Positions 1 to 8,960 of a stretch of DNA of 64,000 nt are shown here, in pieces (the first letter of the stretch is position 1; each line of letters starts with the position of its first letter). Source of the stretch: Terriglobia bacterium (lineage in GTDB: Bacteria; Acidobacteriota; Terriglobia; 20CM-2-55-15); contig CAXWPJ010000002.1 of the NCBI GenBank assembly GCA_963664115.2, forward strand, positions 1,024,001 through 1,088,000, written 5' to 3'. The notes below the pieces were generated by a model. That model made no database searches. It saw only the letters and a list, made by a program, of their open reading frames with translations, and was not told where the DNA came from. Both the position numbers and the translations under genes were made by a program.

Positions 1-314
1 ATCCCCAGGGTGCCGCTGCCAGGGTTCTCAATCAGCCTTCCGCAGATACCCCAGCGGCGGCTGATGGGGCGGGAGTATTTTTCGTGGCCTCCCCCATGGT
101 AGGAACGTTCTACCGGGCGCCCAACCCGGACACGGAACCTTTTGTAAAAGTAGGGGATTTCGTCGAAAAGGGTAGTGTCGTTTGCATCGTCGAGGCGATG
201 AAGTTGATGAACGAAATCGAATCCGAGGTTGCCGGAGAGATCGTCAGTATTCCTGTCGAGAATGGCCAACCTGTTGAATATGGTGAGCGACTGTTCGCCA
301 TCCGCCCGCGCTGA
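1..314 (+). CDS. accB: Acetyl-CoA carboxylase biotin carboxyl carrier protein (5'-truncated by window edge)
   Basis: [11 protein letters not shown] and biotinylation motif EAMKLM; directly upstream of accC. Confidence 0.95.
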   Translation, partial: PQGAAARVLNQPSADTPAAADGAGVFFVASPMVGTFYRAPNPDTEPFVKVGDFVEKGSVVCIVEAMKLMNEIESEVAGEIVSIPVENGQPVEYGERLFAIRPR

Positions 315-341
315 TCGTCTGATCTGAGGTCTCCAATCCCG

Positions 342-1712
342 ATGTTCAGGAAAATACTGATTGCCAACAGAGGAGAGATCGCACTCCGAGTCATGTTTGC
401 ATGTAAGGAACTCGGTCTCGGGACGGTTGCCGTGTACTCCGAGGCGGACAGGGATGCCCTTCATGTTCGATTCGCCGATGAGGCCGTATGTATCGGGCCG
501 GCTCGTAGTGTGGAAAGTTACCTCAATATTCCCAGCGTGATCAGCGCCGCCGAGCTCTCCAACGCAGACGCTATACATCCCGGTTACGGTTTCCTTGCCG
601 AAGACGCCCATTTTGCCGAGGTGTGTGAGGAGTGCGGGATCAAGTTTATCGGTCCGTCTCCGCTCAGTATCCGGATGATGGGCGACAAGGCCCGTGCGCG
701 GTCGGCAATCTCCCGGATCGGCTTGGAGGTGCTCCCGGGAAGCTCGGATCCAGTTAAGGACTCCGACGAGGCTCTGGCAATTGCGGATGAGATCGGGTAT
801 CCCGTCATTATCAAGGCTGTGGCCGGTGGTGGAGGCCGGGGAATGCGGATTGTGAGAGAGCCCTCCGACATGGCAGGGTCATTGGGGACCGCGCGAGCCG
901 AGGCCCTGGCGGGCTTTGGTTCGGACGCGTGCTATTTGGAGAAATTTGTCGAGAAGGCCCGCCATATCGAGTTTCAGATTCTGGCCGACGAACACGGCAA
1001 CGTGATTCATCTTGGTGAGAGAGAGTGTTCGATTCAGCGCCGGCATCAGAAACTGCTGGAAGAGGCTCCGTCGGTAATCATTGATGATGCGCTACGGCAC
1101 AAGATCGGGTCCCGGGTCGTGGCTGCAGTTAAGGAACTCGGCTACACGAGTGTCGGGACGATGGAGTTTCTCGTCGACGGAGACATGAATTTCTATTTCA
1201 TGGAGATGAACGCGAGGATACAGGTCGAGCACGGTGTGACCGAAATCGTTACAGGTGTCGATCTGATCCGCGAACAGATCCAGGTTGCTGCGGGCGAGGT
1301 CTTGCGCCACCGCCAGGAGGACGTTCATTTCCGGGGTCATGCGATTGAATGCCGGATCAACGCCGAAGATCCGTTTACTCATCGGCCCTCTCCAGGGAAA
1401 ATAACCTCGTGGCACCCTCCGGGAGGGCCCGGTGTGCGCGTTGATACGGCTGCATACGCGGAATACGTGGTGCCGCCCTATTACGATTCGCTGATCGCCA
1501 AGGTGATCGCTCTTGCAGCGAGTAGGGACGAAGCACTGCGCCGGATGGACCGGGCATTGAGGACGTTTATCGTCGAAGGCGTTCAAACAACGATACCCCT
1601 CCATTTGAAGATCCTGGCTGACCCGCGTTTCAAGGCCGGGGACATGTCCACGGCTTTTCTCGAACAGACCGGTATCCTCGCCCCCGGCACCGGGGTTAGC
1701 AAGCCTGCATGA
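342..1712 (+). CDS. accC: Acetyl-CoA carboxylase biotin carboxylase subunit
   Basis: [48 protein letters not shown] motifs. Confidence 0.97.
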   Translation: MFRKILIANRGEIALRVMFACKELGLGTVAVYSEADRDALHVRFADEAVCIGPARSVESYLNIPSVISAAELSNADAIHPGYGFLAEDAHFAEVCEECGIKFIGPSPLSIRMMGDKARARSAISRIGLEVLPGSSDPVKDSDEALAIADEIGYPVIIKAVAGGGGRGMRIVREPSDMAGSLGTARAEALAGFGSDACYLEKFVEKARHIEFQILADEHGNVIHLGERECSIQRRHQKLLEEAPSVIIDDALRHKIGSRVVAAVKELGYTSVGTMEFLVDGDMNFYFMEMNARIQVEHGVTEIVTGVDLIREQIQVAAGEVLRHRQEDVHFRGHAIECRINAEDPFTHRPSPGKITSWHPPGGPGVRVDTAAYAEYVVPPYYDSLIAKVIALAASRDEALRRMDRALRTFIVEGVQTTIPLHLKILADPRFKAGDMSTAFLEQTGILAPGTGVSKPA

Positions 1713-2332
1713 AGCGGCCCCCCCCGCTCTACGCCATCGCCGATGCGGCCTTCGGCGATCCAATTGACATTTCCCGCCGTCTATTCCGAGGTGGCGCCCT
1801 ACTCGTACAGATTCGTAACAAGCAAGCCGCGTCTGGACAACTTCTGGAACAAGCCGTTCGGATCGTGCGGGAGGCTCCGCCTTCCGGAATGGTCATCGTG
1901 AATGATCGGGCCGATGTCGCGGCAATTGCGGGTGCGGCGGGTGTCCATGTCGGTCAGGGCGATCTCCGTCCGTCTATGGCGCGGGCAATCCTCGACAGCG
2001 AGAGCGTGGTTGGCGTTTCCACACACAACGTATCTCAAGTCCAGGCTGCCCTTGCCGAACCTGTGGACTATATCGCCGTCGGTCCCGTTTTCGAGACATC
2101 TACGAAAAAAGATCACGCAAAGGTGCTTGGCTTGGAGTGCCTCGCTGAGATCTGTGAAGCGGTTGACCGGCCGGTCATTGCTATCGGGGGTATCCGACTG
2201 GAACACCTGGGAGAGGTATTTGCGGCCGGCGCAAACTCGGTAGCGGTGATTTCGGATCTGATCGGTCATGGATCAATTGAGGCGCGGACGGAAAAGTATC
2301 TGGATAGACTGGCCGAGATCGAAGGCGTTTAG
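1709..2332 (+). CDS. thiE: Thiamine phosphate synthase
   Basis: [38 protein letters not shown] motifs; 4-bp overlap with accC. Confidence 0.9.
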   Translation: MKRPPPLYAIADAAFGDPIDISRRLFRGGALLVQIRNKQAASGQLLEQAVRIVREAPPSGMVIVNDRADVAAIAGAAGVHVGQGDLRPSMARAILDSESVVGVSTHNVSQVQAALAEPVDYIAVGPVFETSTKKDHAKVLGLECLAEICEAVDRPVIAIGGIRLEHLGEVFAAGANSVAVISDLIGHGSIEARTEKYLDRLAEIEGV

Positions 2333-2497
2333 GACCTCGTGGATCGCTTAAATACTGTTGAAGCGGGCTCCAGAATGACTCGTAGCGGTCCGCACGTTCA
2401 GAGATCAAAGATGATTGGATCGAACCGGGGGCCGAGCAAGCGCCGAACTTCGGAATCGGTGCGCGGGTGCCGATAAGCCATTAGAACCGTCTACTAG

Positions 2498-4346
2498 TCC
2501 CAAAACAAGCGCATAACCAGTCCGCCGAGGCCCAGTTCGCGCCGATAGAATTCGAGGCATAGAATCCCGTTCCCGGATGGCCTGTTCCAGGTATCGAGTT
2601 TCTGTTGAATCTGTTTCAGTTCAGCCTCGCTGGTGTTGGACGGTTGACAGAAACCGGGACCTCGATCGCCCGGGCTCAGAGTCATGATCGGGTCAACATC
2701 GCAGAGGCTGACGCAACACATCCACCCCGCGGAACAAGACCGGCAACCACCGGTTCCAGGCCAGGATCCGGAACAGAATGCGCCGCCCGGTGCGCACGAG
2801 TTGGCACGGCACAAGCATGAAAGCGTTCAAGAAGGTTTTGAACTCCATGCGCAGCACGGTTTGCTTCTCAGCCTGATATTTTTGGCCCCAACGTCCGGTT
2901 TCGGGAAGCAGCAATGCAAACCACGCTTTCAGTGTCCAGGCCAGTGACGCGATCACCATGTAGGCCCAGTTGCTGGTCTGATCTCCGACCGGCATCCGCA
3001 ACGCCTGAACGCCGTTCTTCAACTGCTCAATGAGATTCTCCTGATTGCACCGTTGATTGGCACGCATCACAATCTGGTCGGCCGGATCCGAACGGTTGGT
3101 AATGTAGAAGAAGTACCGGATGTCGTCAAACAACACCTGCTCTCCTTTGGCCACCGACAGATTCTTCCGCACCACGACGACACGGTAGTCCCGATCGCAG
3201 GCTCCGGGTCGATACCGAAACTCGGCCACATCCTCACCCTGCAAGCGGATATTGTCGAAACCGCGCTGCCGAACGATCTCTTCCTTCACGTTGTCGGGAC
3301 GTTGGCGCGGTTCGGTCGCCACGTCGTATTTCGCGGGCCGTTCCAGGCGCTTCCACTGGCGCGGCTCCAGTTCATCGGCCCGGGCCTTCAGGTTCGCCAT
3401 CGCGTCAATCCCGAATATGAAACCCACCTGCTGGTCGTCCCATCCGTCCAGATGCCGGGTCTGGCTGAAGTCCGTGTCCCCGCGCAGCAGGATCTGGCGA
3501 AACCCCGCATGCCGGCACAATGCGATGGCTTGGTCGAACCGGACCGCGGCTCCTTCATGCGACGGCCGGTTGCCGCTACGATTGACCAGATACAGCGGTT
3601 CGGCGGTGTTGGCCAGCGAGATCATCAGCGGGTGATATCCCCACGTCCCGTCGTAGGCCACGTCCATCCCTTGCTTGCATTCCCCCGTGGTTTCGGCCAG
3701 TGTCCCGTCCGCGTCCAACACCGCTTCTTCGAAAAACGCCGCCGGTTGCTGTCGCCAGACTCCGAGCCGGACTTGATTGGTTGCCTCCATCAGACACTCC
3801 ACGTCGTCGGCCTCGAATCTCCGGCAGAAGTCTCCCGCCGTCGTCGGATCCGGAATCCGTTGCGCTCCCAGCGCATCCAGATACACCGCATCGTTGCGCC
3901 GCAGTTCGATGTCTTCCAGGCACGTTCCTCCGCTCAAGGCGTTGTAGGCGATGTTCAGCACGTGATCCGACTCGTGATACGGCAGGTGCCGCTTCAACAC
4001 ATGCACGCCCTTGTCGATGGCTTCGATCAGCCCGGTCCGCCGCGCCACCAGTTGCATCGTCCCGATACCACCAACCGATGTGCCCCGCGTCCGCTCTCCC
4101 ATCTCGTACTGAATGTTGCTCGCCGAAAACATCGGCTCTACCTGATCCGTCCAATGCCGGTCCCCAAGCCGACGTTCGATTCGCCGCTTGCGGTTCCTCA
4201 TGTTCTTGCGCGTATAATCGTTCATCTGAAATGCCTCCTTTTCCGAAGAATCTGTTCAAGGTTTTTTTCGCACGGAGAGGGGGCATTTCGGGTACTTCCG
4301 CTCTTATTGCACTATCATTTCCTCGTCAATCACGCTTGTTCAGGGA
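2498..4346 (-). mobile_element. IS1380-family insertion sequence
   Basis: Terminal inverted repeats TCCCAAAACAAGCG (2498-2511) / CGCTTGTTCAGGGA (4333-4346), 12 of 14 matching; CTAG on both sides (2494-2497, 4347-4350) read as target duplication; encloses one transposase. Confidence 0.88.
2693..4225 (-). CDS. IS1380-family DDE transposase
   Basis: 510 aa; IPDPTTAGDFCRRF, LDADGT, GYHPL, LLRGDTDF, RCNQENLIEQLK match DDE_Tnp_1_4/IS1380 transposases. Confidence 0.92.
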   Translation of the reverse strand: MNDYTRKNMRNRKRRIERRLGDRHWTDQVEPMFSASNIQYEMGERTRGTSVGGIGTMQLVARRTGLIEAIDKGVHVLKRHLPYHESDHVLNIAYNALSGGTCLEDIELRRNDAVYLDALGAQRIPDPTTAGDFCRRFEADDVECLMEATNQVRLGVWRQQPAAFFEEAVLDADGTLAETTGECKQGMDVAYDGTWGYHPLMISLANTAEPLYLVNRSGNRPSHEGAAVRFDQAIALCRHAGFRQILLRGDTDFSQTRHLDGWDDQQVGFIFGIDAMANLKARADELEPRQWKRLERPAKYDVATEPRQRPDNVKEEIVRQRGFDNIRLQGEDVAEFRYRPGACDRDYRVVVVRKNLSVAKGEQVLFDDIRYFFYITNRSDPADQIVMRANQRCNQENLIEQLKNGVQALRMPVGDQTSNWAYMVIASLAWTLKAWFALLLPETGRWGQKYQAEKQTVLRMEFKTFLNAFMLVPCQLVRTGRRILFRILAWNRWLPVLFRGVDVLRQPLRC

Positions 4347-4436
4347 CTAGGTATGTCAGGATGGTGGTTCGAGAGCACGGAATTGCGTAAACTGTAGGGT
4401 TGAATAACGTGTGCTGCGGTCTGCCGTGGCCGAAGG

Positions 4437-5159
4437 ATGGGGCGGAAGGTGCCAAGAGACGCATTGTTGGAAGTGTCCCAGCAGCAGCATGAGTGGAGTT
4501 CGTCCGTTGTTACTGCAGCCGTGCCTGCGGTCGAGCTGTATATGATCCGCACGCCACGGCATCGACCCGCGCTGTTTTTGCCGCGCAGTTCACTTGAGCT
4601 GTGCGCCGCCACGGAGAGCAATCGATTCCGCCGCTTTATTCGCCGGATGATGAGGAATCGAAATTTCCTCATCCGTTGGGTCGGTCGGGTGACGCGGGGG
4701 GGATACCGCTACTATCAGAAACTTGAAGATAGGATCGACCCGCTCGAACGGATGATCAAGGCGCTTAACTGCCCGCGCTCGTTGCGTATCCTGCACGCTC
4801 CAAGCTCCAATCCGGAATCGCAGTTTCGGGATCTTCTGCGTGCGCAGATCATCAAGCACACGGCGTGGCTCATCGTCGACGGGGCCCTGACGACAGTTGC
4901 TGCGATGTTTTTCTGGGTGCTGGTGCCCATTCCGGGTCCGAACGTATTGTTCTATTACCCCGCATTGCGGTTAGCCAGCCACTACAGAGCCATGACCGGG
5001 GCGAGACGCGCGCTACACAGTATCGAGATCAAGTTTGATGCGCTGTCCAACTTGGCCCGTGTCGAAGAAGACCTCCGAAACCAGTCGAGCGGCACTGACG
5101 CAGATGAGTTCGTCACCGGTGTTGAGGGACTGGCAGTTTTTCTCAAACGATTCGTGTAG
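4437..5159 (+). CDS. Membrane protein resembling the mitochondrial K+/H+ exchange-related family (Mit_KHE1); real start may be GTG 4521
   Basis: Segment VPIPGPNVLFYYPALRLASHYRAMTGA resembles, from recall, the P-x-x-PN-x-x-x-Y...R-x-x-SH-x-RA-x-x-G signature of that family. Confidence 0.6.
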   Translation: MGRKVPRDALLEVSQQQHEWSSSVVTAAVPAVELYMIRTPRHRPALFLPRSSLELCAATESNRFRRFIRRMMRNRNFLIRWVGRVTRGGYRYYQKLEDRIDPLERMIKALNCPRSLRILHAPSSNPESQFRDLLRAQIIKHTAWLIVDGALTTVAAMFFWVLVPIPGPNVLFYYPALRLASHYRAMTGARRALHSIEIKFDALSNLARVEEDLRNQSSGTDADEFVTGVEGLAVFLKRFV

Positions 5160-5452
5160 TGGCCTGTACACCAAAATCGGGACCAGCGTTCGGGCCAAAC
5201 GGCGCTGGATTCCAGGAGACGACTTGGCGACGACTCGACGTCACAGCGACGAGGCAATGTCCCTGCATTCCGAGGAGTTGACGACAACGAAGGCAATGCC
5301 GATTCGCGGGAACCCTTTGGGCCGATGGGGGTTGCCGACGATATCTTCGTTACGAGCCGTCCTCGATGCAAAAACATCGATTTCCGTCTCGCGCCTCGAT
5401 CTCGCCAGCAAGACCCATCGGCGCTGGTCCCGATTTGGGTGGTACAGGCCAC
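5159..5452. mobile_element. Non-autonomous MITE with IS630-like ends
   Basis: ~30-bp terminal inverted repeats GTGGCCTGTACACCAAAATCGGGACCAGCG (5159-5188) / CGCTGGTCCCGATTTGGGTGGTACAGGCCAC (5422-5452), one mismatch and one indel; TA on both flanks (5157-5158, 5453-5454); no transposase. Confidence 0.8.
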
Positions 5453-5574
5453 TAGCAGCCCGCGGCAGCAGTCTGCGCGTTGTACTTTGAGGGATTCACA
5501 AGACATATGTGCGATGTGATTGGGTGCCCCGTTATACTGGCGTAAGCAGCTAAATTATAATGACATAACGCCAT

Positions 5575-7110
5575 ATGCACCTCCCGCTCGAAGCTATGCC
5601 GTCCGTATCTGCGCTGTTTCTGGACTACATTCAGGGTTCGGATCGCGCCCGTCAGTTCTTCTCCTACGATCACTCGTTGGACGCTGTCGCGGCTTTCGCA
5701 CGCGAGTCTGCACCCACTATTGATGCCACCCGTCGGGACAGCCTGACTGCGGCTCTGGAAGCGGGGCACAGAAGGTGGGGCCTGGACATAGACTCGATCG
5801 AGCGGCTGCGATCGGGTGCCGTAGCCGTCGTTACTGGCCAGCAGGCCGGACTCTTCACCGGCCCCATGTACTCGATCCTGAAAGCCCTGACTGCCGTCAA
5901 GCTTGCCAGGGCGCTGGTCGAACGGGGTGTTGAGGCTGTACCTGTATTTTGGATCGCGGCAGAAGATCACGATCACGAAGAGATCGAATGGGCCGGAATT
6001 CTAAGCGAGGACTCGACGCTCGGGAGGGTCACGACCCAATTGGGTGATGGCGCCCCGACACCGGTCGGATGGCTCCGCTTTGGTTCCTCCATCCAGGAAG
6101 CGATCGACGAGTGTTTCAGCTTCCTCCCGCCTTCGGAGCATCAGGACGAGGTGCGGACGCTTGTCGAAGACGCGTATTGTCCGGACGCGTCTCCGGTTGA
6201 TGCCTACGCCCGGATGATGGCCCGCCTGTTCAAGGATTCCGGGTTGATACTGGTGGATCCACTCGATTCGGGTTTGCGGGAGCTGGCAAAGGATGTCCTC
6301 GGGACTTTAGCGAGTCAGGTAGCTGCGGTTCGTTCGGCACTTCTGGCACGGGGCCGGAAAATTGCGGAGGCGGGTTACGCGGAGCAGGTGAGAGTCGACG
6401 AAAGCTTTACGGGGTTATTTGCCTATCGCGGCCGTGCCAGAGAGCCATTGGGGCCAGGAGACGAGATGGCTTCTCTGAGCTTGAGTCCGAACGTGCTTCT
6501 GCGGCCACTCGTACAGGATTCGCTGTTTCCGACGACCGCTTACGTGGGTGGGCCGGCTGAGATCGCCTACATGGCCCAGGCAGGATCCGTTTATGAGTGC
6601 ATAGGGAAGCCGATGCCCCCGATCTTCCCGAGGATTACGGCTACGTTGGTCGAGCCTCCGGTGGCACGCGTCATGAAGAAATATGATTTCAGCATCGCAG
6701 ACGTATTTCAGGGTATGGATAGCCTGAGAATGAGCGCGGTGTCCTCAGGTTCCGGGGCGGAGGTCTTCCGTGACGCACGTCAACGCATGTCCGATGAGAT
6801 GGCTCGTCTACGCCCGGTTCTGGAGGGCGTGGATCCCACTCTGGGTGGAGCCCTGGACAACGCCGTTCAAAAGATCATGCACCAGGTCGATACCTTGCAT
6901 GCGCGGTTTGTAAAGGGTGAGTCACGACGTGACGCAGTTCTGGAGAGACATCTGAAAACACTGACAACCCGTTTGTTTCCCGACGAGAAAGTACAGGAAC
7001 GTGTGGTGAACGTGACGACGTTTCTCGGTCGCTATGGCTTGAATCTCGTTCCGATGATGGATAGGGCTTTGGAACTCGACGGCTCGGTGCACCAGGTGGT
7101 TGAATTGTAG
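5575..7110 (+). CDS. bshC: Bacillithiol biosynthesis cysteine-adding enzyme
   Basis: VVTGQQAGLFTGP, VFWIAAEDHD, SPNVLLRPLVQD, YVGGPAEIAY, QERV motifs. Confidence 0.93.
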   Translation: MHLPLEAMPSVSALFLDYIQGSDRARQFFSYDHSLDAVAAFARESAPTIDATRRDSLTAALEAGHRRWGLDIDSIERLRSGAVAVVTGQQAGLFTGPMYSILKALTAVKLARALVERGVEAVPVFWIAAEDHDHEEIEWAGILSEDSTLGRVTTQLGDGAPTPVGWLRFGSSIQEAIDECFSFLPPSEHQDEVRTLVEDAYCPDASPVDAYARMMARLFKDSGLILVDPLDSGLRELAKDVLGTLASQVAAVRSALLARGRKIAEAGYAEQVRVDESFTGLFAYRGRAREPLGPGDEMASLSLSPNVLLRPLVQDSLFPTTAYVGGPAEIAYMAQAGSVYECIGKPMPPIFPRITATLVEPPVARVMKKYDFSIADVFQGMDSLRMSAVSSGSGAEVFRDARQRMSDEMARLRPVLEGVDPTLGGALDNAVQKIMHQVDTLHARFVKGESRRDAVLERHLKTLTTRLFPDEKVQERVVNVTTFLGRYGLNLVPMMDRALELDGSVHQVVEL

Positions 7111-7119
7111 GAGTCCGCG

Positions 7120-7353
7120 GTTAGAAGTCCGCGAAATATGATTTCGCTCGGTCGTTCGCTCAGATGACCATCTCTGTCGCGTTCCACGCGTGGTCTGAAC
7201 GACCGGCGACCCTCTCCATCATCCGTGATGGAGAGGCTTATTGGGAATTACGGAATCTTTATGCCGTGCTTAGAAATAACCCGCAGCGTTCCGACGGTGC
7301 GGGTGGACGGCCTTCAGAACGAAGAGGCGGTAGCCGAGACGTCAGAGTAAGAA
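7120..7353. repeat. Dispersed structured non-coding element, copy A
   Basis: Collinear similarity to the reverse complement of 51951-52160; stems 7149-7157/7197-7205 and 7211-7221/7226-7236. Confidence 0.85.
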
Positions 7354-7486
7354 AACGATCAAACCGAGCACGATAATTATTCGGCCGCCTTTAACCCCAG
7401 GAAGCGAGCTTCGTGGGGAGAAACCCGGCGCAGGATAGCGACATGAGATCATCAAGAGAGTCATTCAGCCGACCCTCAGACGCCAT

Positions 7487-8611
7487 ATGAAGATTGGTAT
7501 TACCTGCTACCCGACTTACGGCGGCAGTGGAGTCGTGGGCACGGAATTGGGCAGGGAAATGGCCGCGTTGGGCCATGAGGTCCACTTCATAAGTTATGCG
7601 CTTCCGATTCGCCTCAGGGAAAGTGACAGAATTCACTTCCACGAAGTCGAGGTCCTGTCGTATCCGCTATTCGAATATCCCCCGTATGATCTGGTCCTGG
7701 CGACAAAAATGGCGGAAGTGATGAGCAGGTCTCAGTTGGACATCCTGCACGTGCATTACGCTATTCCGCACTCTATCAGTGCTTATCTGGCGAAGAAGAT
7801 GTCCACCGACAGAGAAATTCCGTTTGTGACGACACTCCACGGTACCGACATCACCTTGGTGGGGAACGATCGATCTTATTTGCCGATCACCCGCTTCGGG
7901 ATCAACGAGAGTGATGCGGTGACGGCGGTCTCCGAATACCTGAAGGAGCGAACAGTTCGGGAGTTCGACACGAAGCGGGCGATTGAGGTCATACCGAACT
8001 TCGTCAACTGTGACGTCTTCCGGAAATCGTTCGACTCAAAGTTTCGCGCCAGGTTTGCCGCCGAAGATGAAGGATTGATGATCCATATTTCGAACTTCAG
8101 ACCGGTCAAACGGACGGCAGACGTGATCGAGTTGTTCAGCCGTTTACGACGGAAGCAGAAGGCCAAGCTCCTGATGGTCGGGGACGGTCCCGAGCGGCCG
8201 AACGCAGAGTGGCTGGCCGAAGTGCATGGAATTCCCGACGATGTGCTCTTCCTGGGCAAGAGTTCTGACATGGAGCAGTTGCTGTCGATCTCAGATGTTT
8301 TGGTGTTGCCTAGCGAACAGGAGTCGTTCGGTCTGGTTGCGCTGGAGGCCATGGCATCGGAGGTTCCCGTGATCGCGACCCGAGTAGGAGGCCTGAGCGA
8401 AGTTGTGGAGGATGGATCGGACGGGTTTCTGTTCGATGTGGGTGACATCGACTCTATGGCCGAGGCGGGGACATCGCTCCTTGGCGACAGAGAACTCCGT
8501 CAGAAAATGGGAAAATCCGGCCGCGATCATGCCCAGCGCGATTTTTGCCACGAAAAGATCGTCAAACGTTACGCGGATCTCTACGAGAAGACGATTTCCG
8601 AGGCATCCTGA
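7487..8611 (+). CDS. bshA: N-acetyl-alpha-D-glucosaminyl L-malate synthase
   Basis: MKIGITCYPTYGGSGVV, HVHYAIPH, TTLHGTDITLVG, SNFRPVKR, ESFGLVALEAM. Confidence 0.95.
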   Translation: MKIGITCYPTYGGSGVVGTELGREMAALGHEVHFISYALPIRLRESDRIHFHEVEVLSYPLFEYPPYDLVLATKMAEVMSRSQLDILHVHYAIPHSISAYLAKKMSTDREIPFVTTLHGTDITLVGNDRSYLPITRFGINESDAVTAVSEYLKERTVREFDTKRAIEVIPNFVNCDVFRKSFDSKFRARFAAEDEGLMIHISNFRPVKRTADVIELFSRLRRKQKAKLLMVGDGPERPNAEWLAEVHGIPDDVLFLGKSSDMEQLLSISDVLVLPSEQESFGLVALEAMASEVPVIATRVGGLSEVVEDGSDGFLFDVGDIDSMAEAGTSLLGDRELRQKMGKSGRDHAQRDFCHEKIVKRYADLYEKTISEAS

Positions 8612-8733
8612 AGCGTCTCTGTTCCCCTGAATAACAAAATTTTTATTAATAACTGGGAGGGATCTGGGCCGCCCTGCCCGTACGACGCAAAATTTGCGCG
8701 GTTGTCTTATTGATTTAAGTGATTGAAATTAAA

Positions 8734-8806
<73 letters not shown>

Positions 8807-8834
8807 AAAAAAATGCTCACCCAAAGGGTGAGCA
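8807..8834 (-). terminator. Intrinsic-terminator-like hairpin abutting the tRNA-Thr 5' end
   Basis: Minus strand TGCTCACCC-TTT-GGGTGAGCA followed by T7. Confidence 0.55.
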
Positions 8835-8897
8835 AGAGTTGTAAAGAGAAAAAGGATCTACCCCTCAGAAAGGGATAGAAAGCTCCAATGCACCCAT

Positions 8898-8926
8898 AAT
8901 TTAAATAGGGGGTTGGAGCTTGTCAA
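8898..8926 (-). promoter_or_regulatory. Sigma70-type promoter upstream of tRNA-Thr
   Basis: Minus strand TTGACA (8926-8921), 17-bp spacer, TAAATT (8903-8898). Confidence 0.6.
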
Positions 8927-8960
8927 CATAAATCATTTCTAATGACAGAAGGCGTTGCGT

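Noticed and set aside
3053-4390. 445-aa plus-strand ORF and other long ORFs overlapping the transposase
   Set aside because: Antisense or alternate-frame shadows of a GC-rich gene with no recognisable motifs; the same applies to 23819-24997, 25528-26496 and 50602-51420.
7164-7376. 70-aa ORF as the missing bshB or a small protein
   Set aside because: No deacetylase motif, and this frame is broken by an indel and a stop in the second copy of the repeat.
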